A stretch of 64,000 bases of DNA from a virus. Taxonomy: Duplodnaviria > Heunggongvirae > Uroviricota > Caudoviricetes. Shown here piece by piece: positions 52,451 through 60,933 of this stretch (its first letter is position 1; each line of letters starts with the position of its first letter). The translations under genes and the position numbers were made by a program. Where the stretch lies: IMG/VR virus record IMGVR_UViG_3300035241_000016, positions 1 to 64,000 of that record; one strand, 5' to 3'. The notes beneath the pieces were generated by a model, which had not been told where the DNA came from, ran no database searches, and saw only the letters and a list, made by a program, of their open reading frames with translations.

Positions 52451-52816
52451 TCAGCCTCCGTTCGACGAACGTCCCACCCGGACGGCAAGGTGATACAGGT
52501 CCGGACTGCCAAAGTCGCCGACGTTTGATGCGCCGGCGTGTTTACCCGTCAGGTCTAGCCGGGCGTCCTTTATCGCGCCCGGGCTACTGAATTCGCCCGA
52601 ATCCTCGTCAGGGCAGTAGTTGACCCCGGTGGGGTTATTGACGAACAGGTGCACCCAGTAGTCCGCTCCAGGATCCCCATCGGTTGCTCGTGTGACATCA
52701 ACGAACCCCCAGGGGAAGGCCACCCGGAACGTCTCGACTTCCGCGCGCCGTGGATCGCCGGTGATGCGGACACCCTGAACCTTGTCGCCCATGTTGGTGA
52801 GGCGAAACGCACCCAC
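52451..52816 (-). CDS. hypothetical protein (GTG start)
   Basis: MGAFRLTNMGDKVQGVRITGDPRRAEVETFRVAFPWGFVDVTRA... Confidence 0.4.
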   Translation of the reverse strand: MGAFRLTNMGDKVQGVRITGDPRRAEVETFRVAFPWGFVDVTRATDGDPGADYWVHLFVNNPTGVNYCPDEDSGEFSSPGAIKDARLDLTGKHAGASNVGDFGSPDLYHLAVRVGRSSNGG

Positions 52817-53042
52817 CTACCGACTCCCCCCGATTAGCGAATCGACGCGCATCGTCCACACACGTTGGCCATACGTTTCTTGCCAGGCCAAACCCCGATC
52901 TTCTTCCGCTGCGTCGGTCCCGGACGCTTGCAAACTTCACACGCCGACGCGACCTTAACGGCCATCGATCTCTCCCCCCGTTTGGCGACGACAGACTAGG
53001 ACCATCAGGCACTTAGGTGTCACTCGGCCGCGACCTGGGCGC

Positions 53043-53291
53043 TCACAGGAGTACCAGCTGCTCAAGCGATGCACTGGGCGCCAGCGCGGCAGCAGGGCAT
53101 CGGCCGTAGCCGGGGACCGAAGCCAGGGCAAGGCGATCGCGGTCGGCGTGGACGCCGATGAACGCTCCGCCGCGGTACTGACTCGGCCGGCTGCAGCGTT
53201 GGCCTACCTTGGCGCCGCAGTGAGGGCAAGGCACTTCGAGAGCTGGATCTCGTGGCCACTCTTGGCCGCAGGAATGGCAGGAGACGATCAT
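53043..53291 (-). CDS. zinc-ribbon small protein
   Basis: MIVSCHSCGQEW...CPHCGAKVGQRC. Confidence 0.45.
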   Translation of the reverse strand: MIVSCHSCGQEWPRDPALEVPCPHCGAKVGQRCSRPSQYRGGAFIGVHADRDRLALASVPGYGRCPAAALAPSASLEQLVLL

Positions 53292-53584
53292 TCGCCATCC
53301 CAGGCGATCTCATTGCAGTCGAAGTCCTCGGAGGCCGAGCACCAGCCGCACGAGCCGCACTCAAGGTGGCCACCGTGGGCGCTGTCGTAGTCGTAGTCAT
53401 CGATGACGGAATTGACGGCGAGCGTCCCGTTCGGTAGCCAGTACATGGCCTGTCGAATGGCCGCGACGTCCTCGATATGGCGCAACCATTCCTCACCACA
53501 CGACGGGCAAACAGCGGCGTGGTTGCCGTGCTCGTCCGCCTCAATGGCCACAGCTGGGCCCCCGGCGAGCGTGACCACGCTCAC
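53288..53584 (-). CDS. zinc-binding small protein
   Basis: CPSCGEEW...ECGSCGWC; ATGA overlap. Confidence 0.45.
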   Translation of the reverse strand: MSVVTLAGGPAVAIEADEHGNHAAVCPSCGEEWLRHIEDVAAIRQAMYWLPNGTLAVNSVIDDYDYDSAHGGHLECGSCGWCSASEDFDCNEIAWDGE

Positions 53585-53925
53585 ATCGTCACCTCCAGCG
53601 GATATGGCTCATGGAGGATGCGTTGGATGTGGCCGATGGGGGTCCGTTCAGTCGTGGAGATGATGGCCATGAACCGCCGCTTTGCGGTCGGGGTAAGGAG
53701 CGCCAGCCACGTGGGCGCATCCTTCAGATTGCGGAGATCGCGGGCCAGTCCAGCGAACCAGTAGCCCGGGCTGGCCGGAGTGTGATTTGGGACGTCCTTC
53801 CCAGTCTGGATGAGGGCGTCGTACTCATTCAAGCCCTCGGCTGCCCACACTAACGCCTTCGGCTGCTGGGTGGGCCTTCGCTTCGCTGTAGCGATCATCT
53901 GGTCGACGTCGCTATTTGTGGTCAC
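53581..53925 (-). CDS. hypothetical protein (GTG start, GTGA overlap)
   Basis: TTNSDVDQMIATAKRRPTQQPKALVWAAEGLNEYDALIQTGKDVPNH... Confidence 0.4.
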   Translation of the reverse strand: MTTNSDVDQMIATAKRRPTQQPKALVWAAEGLNEYDALIQTGKDVPNHTPASPGYWFAGLARDLRNLKDAPTWLALLTPTAKRRFMAIISTTERTPIGHIQRILHEPYPLEVTM

Positions 53926-54344
53926 GCGACGACCTCCACGGAGGCTCCACAGTTGACACACTGACCGGCGTAGCTCGTCCAGCGGCCGATGGCGCGTACC
54001 TTTCGGTCGCCGCGCAGAAACGTAGTGCTGTGGAACCCAGCATCGTGTTGACAGCGCATCTCTTGATGGAAGGCAATGAGCGCTGGGCTCTGAATGAGTA
54101 CGCTGGAGTGGCAACCGCTACGGCAGTCCCACCACTCGCCACACCATGCTTGCTCTGGCGTCAGATTCGTGCGCCGCACCATCGGACCGTGCTGTGGGCT
54201 CGCTGGGCAGACGATAGAGGTCATCGGACCGCCACCCAGCGCTCGATGCCGGCGCCCAGCTGCGGGGATTGACCGCCAGCATTCACGACAGAAGAACAGG
54301 CGATTCACGACGCGGCGCAGGCCGCAGAGCTTACAGTTGCTCAT
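53922..54344 (-). CDS. Cys-rich zinc-finger protein
   Basis: MSNCKLCGLRRVVNRLFFCRECW...CVNCGASVEV. Confidence 0.45.
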   Translation of the reverse strand: MSNCKLCGLRRVVNRLFFCRECWRSIPAAGRRHRALGGGPMTSIVCPASPQHGPMVRRTNLTPEQAWCGEWWDCRSGCHSSVLIQSPALIAFHQEMRCQHDAGFHSTTFLRGDRKVRAIGRWTSYAGQCVNCGASVEVVA

Positions 54345-54419
54345 GTCGGAACCTCACTTCCGACAGGGATCAATTGGGAGCGGTTCGGTTGGCGCCGGGC
54401 CGCTCTCGCCCTATCTGAC

Positions 54420-54447
54420 TGCATTATTGCACAGATGCATATATGCA
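54420..54447. promoter_or_regulatory. AT-rich operator-like element TGCATTATTGCA + perfect palindrome TGCATATATGCA
   Basis: Seen in sequence in the intergenic region upstream of 53922..54344; a similar TGCATGATGCA element lies at ~20775..20785. Confidence 0.35.
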
Positions 54448-54527
54448 GTCAACTACTCAACCCCTGGCCTGGCTCCAGCCAGCGCACGGCACGCGCACGA
54501 ACTCTCGGCGCGCGAGTCGTCCTACGT

Positions 54528-54908
54528 CTACGGCTTCAGGGTCGCCTCGGGCCTTGGTGAGGAGCCGGACCAGGCCGGGATCGGCAGGCCGAGCACACGC
54601 AACTGGTCCGCGATCTTGCCCAGCAGTGCAGCGATTACCAGCGCCGACACGGCCGTCTCGAGCGCCATCGCGGCTTCACGGTAATCCACCAGCGCGGTCA
54701 GTGCGAGCATCTTGACGGCCGCCCAGCCAATCACGTACGGCATGATCCGGGTCAACAGGAAGTCGCCGACCGCCCCCAGATAGAACTGGTACTGCTTCGA
54801 GAAGAGGGCGCAGGCGATCCCGAGCAGCACGTTCGCGGCGATCAGCCCCATGATGCCTCGGACCCAGGGTGTATTGAAGATGGCTAGCGCCAGGCTGTAA
54901 GCGTCCAT
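54528..54908 (-). CDS. membrane protein with 3 predicted TM helices (holin-like)
   Basis: Start MDAYSLA with AAGGAGA SD; [53 protein letters not shown]. Confidence 0.5.
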   Translation of the reverse strand: MDAYSLALAIFNTPWVRGIMGLIAANVLLGIACALFSKQYQFYLGAVGDFLLTRIMPYVIGWAAVKMLALTALVDYREAAMALETAVSALVIAALLGKIADQLRVLGLPIPAWSGSSPRPEATLKP

Positions 54909-54929
54909 TGCGAGTCTCCTTACCTTGGT

Positions 54930-55490
54930 TTGTTTGCCGTTCGGCAGTTGGGACATCTATACTTAGTCGTGGCCGCACCATTGCAACTAGTCGGTCGGGT
55001 TTTTGGACGGCTTACCGTTGTGGAACGAGTCGATAACACCCCGACACAGGGAACTCGATGGCGTTGCGTGTGTGAATGTGGACAAACGACCGTCGTTTCA
55101 CGTACCCATCTAGGCAGGGATTGCTTTAGTTGTGGCTGCCTGCTTCGCGAACGGCAACACCTAAGCAAGAATGTGCGCCACGGCCAAAGCCACCACCGCC
55201 GCACGCCGGAATATGCAGTATGGGTTTCCATGAAACAGCGCTGCTTGAATCCCAACAGCGTTCGGTTCCCCATGTATGGAGGGCGTGGAATAACCGTCTG
55301 TGATCGATGGCTTGGCCGCGACGGGTTTAGTAACTTCTTGGCAGACATGGGGCCTAGGCCATCCGGGACGCGTGGAGCGCGGTCTCTTTTTTCAATCGAC
55401 CGCATAGATAACAACGGGCCCTATGCGCCGGATAACTGCCGCTGGGGAACGCGTGAACAGCAACGCGCAAATCAACGACGGATGGCCTGA
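54930..55490 (+). CDS. HNH_3-like (degenerate, IDRID) protein, paralog 3 of 3
   Basis: [12 protein letters not shown]...[14 protein letters not shown]...CGC; [12 protein letters not shown]...DMGPRP...[28 protein letters not shown]; opposite strand to neighbours; true start probably internal. Confidence 0.55.
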   Translation: MFAVRQLGHLYLVVAAPLQLVGRVFGRLTVVERVDNTPTQGTRWRCVCECGQTTVVSRTHLGRDCFSCGCLLRERQHLSKNVRHGQSHHRRTPEYAVWVSMKQRCLNPNSVRFPMYGGRGITVCDRWLGRDGFSNFLADMGPRPSGTRGARSLFSIDRIDNNGPYAPDNCRWGTREQQRANQRRMA

Positions 55491-55663
55491 CGGCAGGACG
55501 GGCAGATCCATCCCTGCGGCCCGCAGGCCCATTGCCGGTTGTTCAGCGTGTTACGAGCGCCGTCACGCGAGACCACGCCCTCCATCGACGTCAGTTGCTT
55601 GCACTCGGTACAGCGAACAGCCCACAGTTGTGCCAGCTCGCCCGCCTTCACGCCCAGCGGCAT
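55472..55663 (-). CDS. zinc-ribbon small protein
   Basis: [24 protein letters not shown]...WICPSCRQ; not separately listed in the track. Confidence 0.4.
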   Translation of the reverse strand: MPLGVKAGELAQLWAVRCTECKQLTSMEGVVSRDGARNTLNNRQWACGPQGWICPSCRQAIRR

Positions 55664-55665
55664 GG

Positions 55666-55821
55666 CTAGCTCAGCCTCGCGAGGTGCACCAGGAACAGCC
55701 CGAAGCCAAGCGCGGCGAAGTCGTACCGCACCGGCACGACAGTGGCCAGCACCAGGTCGACGACCGAGAACCCGAAGCAGGCAAGGCCGGCGAAGTGGCA
55801 GACGAGGCGGGCGCGGCTCAC
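55666..55821 (-). CDS. small hydrophobic (2 TM) protein downstream of amidase (holin-like), GTG start in GTGA overlap
   Basis: SRARLVCHFAGLACFGFSVVDLVLATVVPVRYDFAALGFGLFLVHLARLS. Confidence 0.45.
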   Translation of the reverse strand: MSRARLVCHFAGLACFGFSVVDLVLATVVPVRYDFAALGFGLFLVHLARLS

Positions 55822-56327
55822 CGCAGCACCGACAGCCCCAGTTCCCTGGCGAGCTGGTCGAAGCGACCCGAAGCGAGCCAACGCCCAGCTGGGCATGACC
55901 GGGACTGCGGCGAGATGGCGTGGTGCGCCACAAGGTGGGTGATGCCAGGCCATTCGAGGCGGGCCTGCCGGCACAGCGAGAGGACCGCGCGGTACTGGGC
56001 ATCCGTGACAGGCTCGTCGTCCGGGCGTCCGCGGTCCTCCGTCTCGATTGAGATGGTGCGCCGGTTGGGGTTCTCGGATCCGAACACCGGCTCCCACTGG
56101 TTGCCAGGCTCCAGCACACCATTGGCCCACGCACCATCGTGGTCGTCCACGTACTGGTGCACGGTCCCATCCAGCCCGACGCCGAAGTGGGCGCTCACCT
56201 GGCTGGCCGGGTTGGAAAACTGCGCATCACACGACGCCAGGCTCCCAACCATCGTGTGAATGACGATCGCGCAGACGTCGTGCATGCCCTTCGGCCAGAA
56301 GTTCGGCGAGCCCTTCCAGATCTGCAC
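55818..56327 (-). CDS. N-acetylmuramoyl-L-alanine amidase (Amidase_2/PGRP) endolysin
   Basis: CAIVIHTMVGSLASCDAQFSNPASQVSAHFGVGLDGTVHQYV...TISIE...HHAISPQSRSCPAGRW matches the Amidase_2 zinc-amidase signature. Confidence 0.75.
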   Translation of the reverse strand: MQIWKGSPNFWPKGMHDVCAIVIHTMVGSLASCDAQFSNPASQVSAHFGVGLDGTVHQYVDDHDGAWANGVLEPGNQWEPVFGSENPNRRTISIETEDRGRPDDEPVTDAQYRAVLSLCRQARLEWPGITHLVAHHAISPQSRSCPAGRWLASGRFDQLARELGLSVLR

Positions 56328-56356
56328 CGCCGGCTGGGCCGGCGCTTCAGCGGTGC

Positions 56357-57333
56357 TTACTTGAAAGAAGGGACTCGGATATGCCCGGTCAGGTCGTCGT
56401 GGCCGCCCTGCAGCGCGACGACATCAGCCGCGGCGCCTTCGGCTCCGAGGTACTCACCCTTGAGCATGCGGTTCAGTGCTTGAGTAAGCAGGGCGTCCCG
56501 CTCCTCCAGCGCCTTCACGCGCTGCTCGAGATCGGTAGCTGCCATGTCGCGGCCTCCTATCGGGAAATCAGGTACTGAGCTGCCGGCGGAGAACGCTCCG
56601 CGCGGGTCGGTGAATTCGAAGTTGCTCCAGTCGGGTGTCATCCCGTCCGCGGTAAACACGGTCGCCCCCAGCACCTGCGGCTCGCCTGCAACCAGCGCGT
56701 CGTAGTCCTGCAGGTACGCGTAATAGCCGTCTTCGCTGAGATGCAATCGCCAACCGCCGGCGTTCGTTCCGCTGCTGTCGAAGCCGGCTTCGGTGATGAA
56801 GATCGGCCCCGTCCAGCCGGCCTGGATGGCTAGGCGGAACCGCCCCACGTTCACTGGATCGTGGATAGTGCCAGTGTTGGTGTATTCCTGCAGGGACAGG
56901 GCGTCTCGCTTAGGGTTGAGCCTGCACCAATTCCTCGAGGCGACGTACCGCCAGATGTCGTATTCGGGCTGCCCGGTGTACCAGGAGAAAGCGGCAAGGC
57001 GGAGGCCAGCGTCATGGACCACCGGCACGGCCTCTTCGATCATGTCGCACAGGGCGGCAATGTCCCCTTGCTCCGGGCCCACGTACAACTCGACGAACAG
57101 CCGGGGATGCCGGTAGCCTTTCAGCTCCGCGATGACGTCATTGGCCACAGATCGCCCGACTCCGGGGTAATAGGGCTGGTTCTTAAACCACACCCGAAAC
57201 ACACGCCAGGCGTCATCCCGGGCGGCCTCAAGGAGGCTCGTGCCGTTATTGAACTGCTTGACCACGGCGGCACGGCGAGCCCACCCGGTCGCGCGCTCGG
57301 TAGGCCCGTAACAGTGTGGCCCGAGCTTACTCA
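56357..57333 (-). CDS. putative glycoside-hydrolase-like lysin (GTG start, GTGA overlap with holin)
   Basis: 325 aa in the lysis cassette; TIM-barrel-like alternating pattern (LFVELYVG...VHDAGLRLAAFSWYTG...IFITEAGFD); family not assigned. Confidence 0.45.
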
Positions 57334-57531
57334 CCGTGGCAGTCGTAAGGAGGTCAGCGAGGGGCCGTAGTTGTTCCACATGATGATCAGGACGATCACT
57401 GCCAAGATGCACCAACACACCCTCTGGAACGCGGGCGGGATATCCATTACCTCGAACAGCGACCGAAGCGCAATGACGACGATGATGAGGACCGCGATGA
57501 GGAAGAGGAATCCGAGCAGCGCTATCAGCAT
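57331..57531 (-). CDS. holin-like small membrane protein (2 TM)
   Basis: MLIALLGFLFLIAVLIIVVIALRSLFEVMDIPPAFQRVCWCILAVIVLIIMW; AT-richer; directly upstream of the lysins. Confidence 0.6.
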   Translation of the reverse strand: MLIALLGFLFLIAVLIIVVIALRSLFEVMDIPPAFQRVCWCILAVIVLIIMWNNYGPSLTSLRLPR

Positions 57532-57592
57532 GGCCGTGTACCTCCAGGGTTGCCGCGCCAGTCGAAGGCGACGGTGTCAGGCATAGCGAGCC

Positions 57593-57811
57593 TCACGAAC
57601 TCGCCCGCTGGCGATTACGCTCTTGGCGCCAGGGGAACTGCAACACGCCGCCCCGACGCTCAGTGACGAACTTGGCCGCGAGGAGTTCCAACCGCGCCAG
57701 ATCTGATGCCAGGGCCGCATTCAGCCGCTCCATCACTTCACGCCCCTGCCGGCTCTGCGCGACCGTCATGGGACGACCGGGCTCCACGATGGGCACCAAC
57801 GGCAACGGCAT
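57593..57811 (-). CDS. hypothetical small protein
   Basis: 72-aa ORF. Confidence 0.3.
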   Translation of the reverse strand: MPLPLVPIVEPGRPMTVAQSRQGREVMERLNAALASDLARLELLAAKFVTERRGGVLQFPWRQERNRQRASS

Positions 57812-58200
57812 CAGCCCTTCACCACGTCCTCGAGGATGGTCGCCGCCTTGGCCGTGTGCTGGTACAGCTGAAAGGTCATGTCACGCCAGCCTTCACATTC
57901 CTTCACCAGGTCGTCGATACGCTCTGTCAAATCGCGGCGCTCTCGGCTGCGCTCGCGGTCGAGCATGGCCAGTTCCCGCTCACAGCGTTCGCGCTCCCGC
58001 GTGCGCTCCCTGTCGGCGTCATCTCGTTCGCGGAGGCGTTCCTCCTCGAAGTCGGCCCGCTCCTTCGCGCAGCGGTCCTTTTCGTCGCGGAGTTGAGATC
58101 CCCAGCAGAGGAGTTGGGCCTTGAGCGCGGCGATGAATGCCGCTGCCATGACACCGGGGAGGCCGTACTGAAGGAGGATCTGCTTCGTGACTTCATCCAC
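57811..58200 (-). CDS. N-terminal hydrophobic segment + highly charged coiled-coil protein (spanin-like?)
   Basis: LPGVMAAAFIAALKAQLL then ERLRERDDADRERTRERERCERELAMLDRERSRERRD. Confidence 0.45.
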   Translation of the reverse strand: MDEVTKQILLQYGLPGVMAAAFIAALKAQLLCWGSQLRDEKDRCAKERADFEEERLRERDDADRERTRERERCERELAMLDRERSRERRDLTERIDDLVKECEGWRDMTFQLYQHTAKAATILEDVVKG

Positions 58201-58310
58201 CAGCCGCCCTCAGACCCACGGCGTATATGCGCTCGGACCCGAATGGTCTCGGGCAAGTGCCAGTACGGCAGATATGGATTCCAATCACCGCGCCCTCGTC
58301 ATCAAGGACG

Positions 58311-58496
58311 TCATGTGTCCAACGGCGGCGGCGCTCCGGTTCCAGCCGGGGCGTCGTCGGTCCTGGTAAGCTCGGCCACGCGCGCCTCTAGCTCGGCCAC
58401 GCGCGCCTCCGCCCGCTCCGCGCGGTCCTCCGCCCGCTCCGCGCGGGCCACTAGGTTGCTCATCTCTTGCCAGACTTCGGCCAGCGTAATGGCCAT
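58311..58496 (-). CDS. small coiled-coil protein encoded by direct DNA repeats
   Basis: AERAEDRAERAEARVAELEARVAEL; DNA 58369..58450 contains 2x gctcggccacgcgcgcctc and 2x cgcccgctccgcgcgg. Confidence 0.4.
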   Translation of the reverse strand: MAITLAEVWQEMSNLVARAERAEDRAERAEARVAELEARVAELTRTDDAPAGTGAPPPLDT

Positions 58497-59305
58497 CAGG
58501 GCACGTTGCTCACGGCGACCGCGCCCGGCGAGTTTTCGACGTGAATGGTCGCGCCCGTCAGCCCGGATCCAACATTGCCCAGGATGATGCTGTTCGGGCC
58601 AACCTCGTTGGCGTGGACGGCGTTCAGCGCGTTGCTGACAGTGTTGCCCTGAATGCTGACCCCGTCCAGCGTGAGCACCGTCGTAGCGCCACCCTGCGCC
58701 AGGATGGCCTCCAGCGCGCCGCTGGCAATGTTGGTCAGCCGATTGCCATGCACCTGCGCTCGGTGGCTTGCCCCGTTCACCGTGTTGTTGGTGATGAGGA
58801 TGCCGTAGCTACCGCAGATGTCGATGACGTTGCCCACGATGGCGTTGTCGGGCGACTGGTCCACGATGATGCCGTAGCGGCCGACGTTCTGGAGGATGTT
58901 GCCCGCCACCCGGTTGAAGGCCGAATTCAGGTCAACGTAGATGCCGTCGCTACCGCAGGTATCCACGATGTTGCTCTCAAGCAGGTTGTGGCTGCTCGGC
59001 GATCCACCGACCTGGCCGCCGGTTCCCAGCGAGAACCCGATACCCGTCGCAGTCTTGATGCGGTTGCCCCGAACGATGCAGTGGTTGCTACCGATCAGCG
59101 CCACGCCATTCCACACGTTGAGGAAGCTGTTGTCCTCCACCGCGCACTGATCGCAGCCCTGGAGCGTGAGGGCGTTGACGTTGTTCGGGGTATTCAGGAA
59201 CGAGCAGCCGCGGATGACCGTCCGCGTGCAGTTCAGGACCTTCACGCTGTCCGTGAAGGTGCGTCCCTCAATGATCAGATTGTCATAGCCGGTGAAGGTG
59301 ATCAC
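58496..59305 (-). CDS. right-handed parallel beta-helix protein (tail spike/depolymerase-like)
   Basis: Repetitive N/G/V-rich units (CSFLNTPNNVNALTLQGC..., IVRGNRI..., VAGNILQNVGRYGIIVD..., IVGNVIDICGSYGILI...) typical of pectin-lyase-fold repeats; GTG start with AAGAGGA SD. Confidence 0.6.
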   Translation of the reverse strand: MITFTGYDNLIIEGRTFTDSVKVLNCTRTVIRGCSFLNTPNNVNALTLQGCDQCAVEDNSFLNVWNGVALIGSNHCIVRGNRIKTATGIGFSLGTGGQVGGSPSSHNLLESNIVDTCGSDGIYVDLNSAFNRVAGNILQNVGRYGIIVDQSPDNAIVGNVIDICGSYGILITNNTVNGASHRAQVHGNRLTNIASGALEAILAQGGATTVLTLDGVSIQGNTVSNALNAVHANEVGPNSIILGNVGSGLTGATIHVENSPGAVAVSNVP

Positions 59306-59322
59306 TCAGGTATCCTCTTGCC

Positions 59323-60003
59323 ATGAAGCGGCTGATTGATTGGGCCTACCACAATCCGCTCATCGAGCGGCTGGTGCACACGTCCGTCTACTGCCTGAAG
59401 CGCGAGCTGCGCGGTTGCAGATCGGTGCTGGATTTGGGCTGTGGTCCGCGCTCGCCGCTGGAGCACGTCCATACCGATTTCTCGGTCGGCGTCGATATGT
59501 GGGACGACTACCTGACCGCCTCGCAAGAACGCCGCATTCACAGTGCGTACCTCAAAGCAGACCTGGCGACGCTCGACTTCCAATCGCGGTCCGTTGACGC
59601 CGTCATCCTGATCGGCGTGCTGGAACACATGGACAAGGAGGACGGTCGCAGGCTCATGCAGCGGGCCCAGCAGTGGGCCAGGAAGCGTCTGATTGTTTCC
59701 ATGCCCAACGGCTTCTTGCCGCAGGCCGACTGCGACGGCAACCCATACCAGCGGCACCGCTCGGGCTGGACCGTCGAGGATTTGCGGGCTGAGGGGTTCC
59801 GCGTGTACGGCATGACCGGCTGGAAGCCGCTGCGCTCCGTCAACGAAGCCGAGGAACTGGAGGCGGCATCCATCTTCGAGACGATCCGATTCCGGCCCAG
59901 GCTGCTCTGGCTGGCCATCTCAGAGCTCACGCAGGTGTTCACCTACTACCTCCCGAAGGGCAGCTTCGAGCTGTTTGCGGCGCGTGATGTCGCTCTGGGA
60001 TGA
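59323..60003 (+). CDS. class I SAM-dependent methyltransferase (Methyltransf_11-like), opposite strand within the tail module
   Basis: Motif I VLDLGCGPRSP, post-I DMWDD, motif II/III DAVILIGVLEHM; 226 aa. Confidence 0.65.
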   Translation: MKRLIDWAYHNPLIERLVHTSVYCLKRELRGCRSVLDLGCGPRSPLEHVHTDFSVGVDMWDDYLTASQERRIHSAYLKADLATLDFQSRSVDAVILIGVLEHMDKEDGRRLMQRAQQWARKRLIVSMPNGFLPQADCDGNPYQRHRSGWTVEDLRAEGFRVYGMTGWKPLRSVNEAEELEAASIFETIRFRPRLLWLAISELTQVFTYYLPKGSFELFAARDVALG

Positions 60004-60166
60004 CGTCTACTGGAGCTGGTTGTCGTACCTGACGCCGGATCAGCAGCGCCAGATGGTGGGCCTGCTGATGCTGATCGTCCTCGACTGCCTGTGCCTGCTG
60101 GCCTACGGCGTGTACCGCCTGCATCGTCAGGCAATGCCGGTCCACGAACCACCCGTTCTGAAATAG
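59987..60166 (+). CDS. small membrane protein
   Basis: MSLWDDVYWSWLSYLTPDQQRQMVGLLMLIVLDCLCLLAYGVY. Confidence 0.35.
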   Translation: MSLWDDVYWSWLSYLTPDQQRQMVGLLMLIVLDCLCLLAYGVYRLHRQAMPVHEPPVLK

Positions 60167-60933
60167 ATGTGTGTGGTGGAACTACTGCCGTCCGAGCGAA
60201 AGTAGTAGTCACCATTCTGGCCGTTGGCGTTGTTAGGTGCACCTGAGCCAGCGAACAAGGCGGCCGCCGTCTGTGCCGCCAGGGCATCCGTCGAGGGCTG
60301 TAGACGCGCCGAAATCTTGAAGCCAGGCGTACTGGTCCCGCTGTCGATCTGGAGGACGTTCTGAAGGCTGTTCGAGCCGTTGTACGTCTGAAGGGCGATG
60401 CCCGTACCAGCGTTGGCAGCAGTCCGGCGACTGATCAACGTCACCTGGCCCGTGGCCTCCGTGGCGTCAATGTTCGGGTTGGCCCCGCTTAGGGTCAGGG
60501 CGTTGGAGCCGGTGCCACTCGAGGTCAGAGTCGTGAACGTGCTGCTGTTGGTTACCGTGCCAGTCAGCGTGGCAGCGTTAATGGTCGGGCTGGTCAGCGT
60601 CTTGTTGGTCAGGGTTTCCGTACCGGCTACCGACGCCGCCGTGCGGGTCGTCGAGCCGTTGCCATACACGAGGGCGTTGGCCGTAGAGTCGTAGGCCAGG
60701 ACGCCCGCTGTGGTCGGGACCGCACCCGCCGCGCTCGGCAGCTTGAGGCCGGCCGTAGTGCTGGCGGCGCTCATGTCGATGCGGCCGGACGACGTCAGCG
60801 TATTGGTCACGCTGCGGATCAGGGCGCCGTCGAGAGTGTCGAAGTTGGCGCCGATGTTGGTCTTGACGTAGGTGTTGGCGTTGTCGGTATCCTCGGCCTT
60901 GACGAGGCTGAGGATGGGAGTAGTTGTGCTCAT
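60127..60933 (-). CDS. tail fibre protein
   Basis: Start MSTTTPILSLVKAEDTDNANTYVKTNIGANFDTLDGAL (typical fibre N-terminus); long T/S/G/N-rich beta-repeat region. Confidence 0.6.
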   Translation of the reverse strand: MSTTTPILSLVKAEDTDNANTYVKTNIGANFDTLDGALIRSVTNTLTSSGRIDMSAASTTAGLKLPSAAGAVPTTAGVLAYDSTANALVYGNGSTTRTAASVAGTETLTNKTLTSPTINAATLTGTVTNSSTFTTLTSSGTGSNALTLSGANPNIDATEATGQVTLISRRTAANAGTGIALQTYNGSNSLQNVLQIDSGTSTPGFKISARLQPSTDALAAQTAAALFAGSGAPNNANGQNGDYYFRSDGSSSTTHIYFRTGGSWTGIA

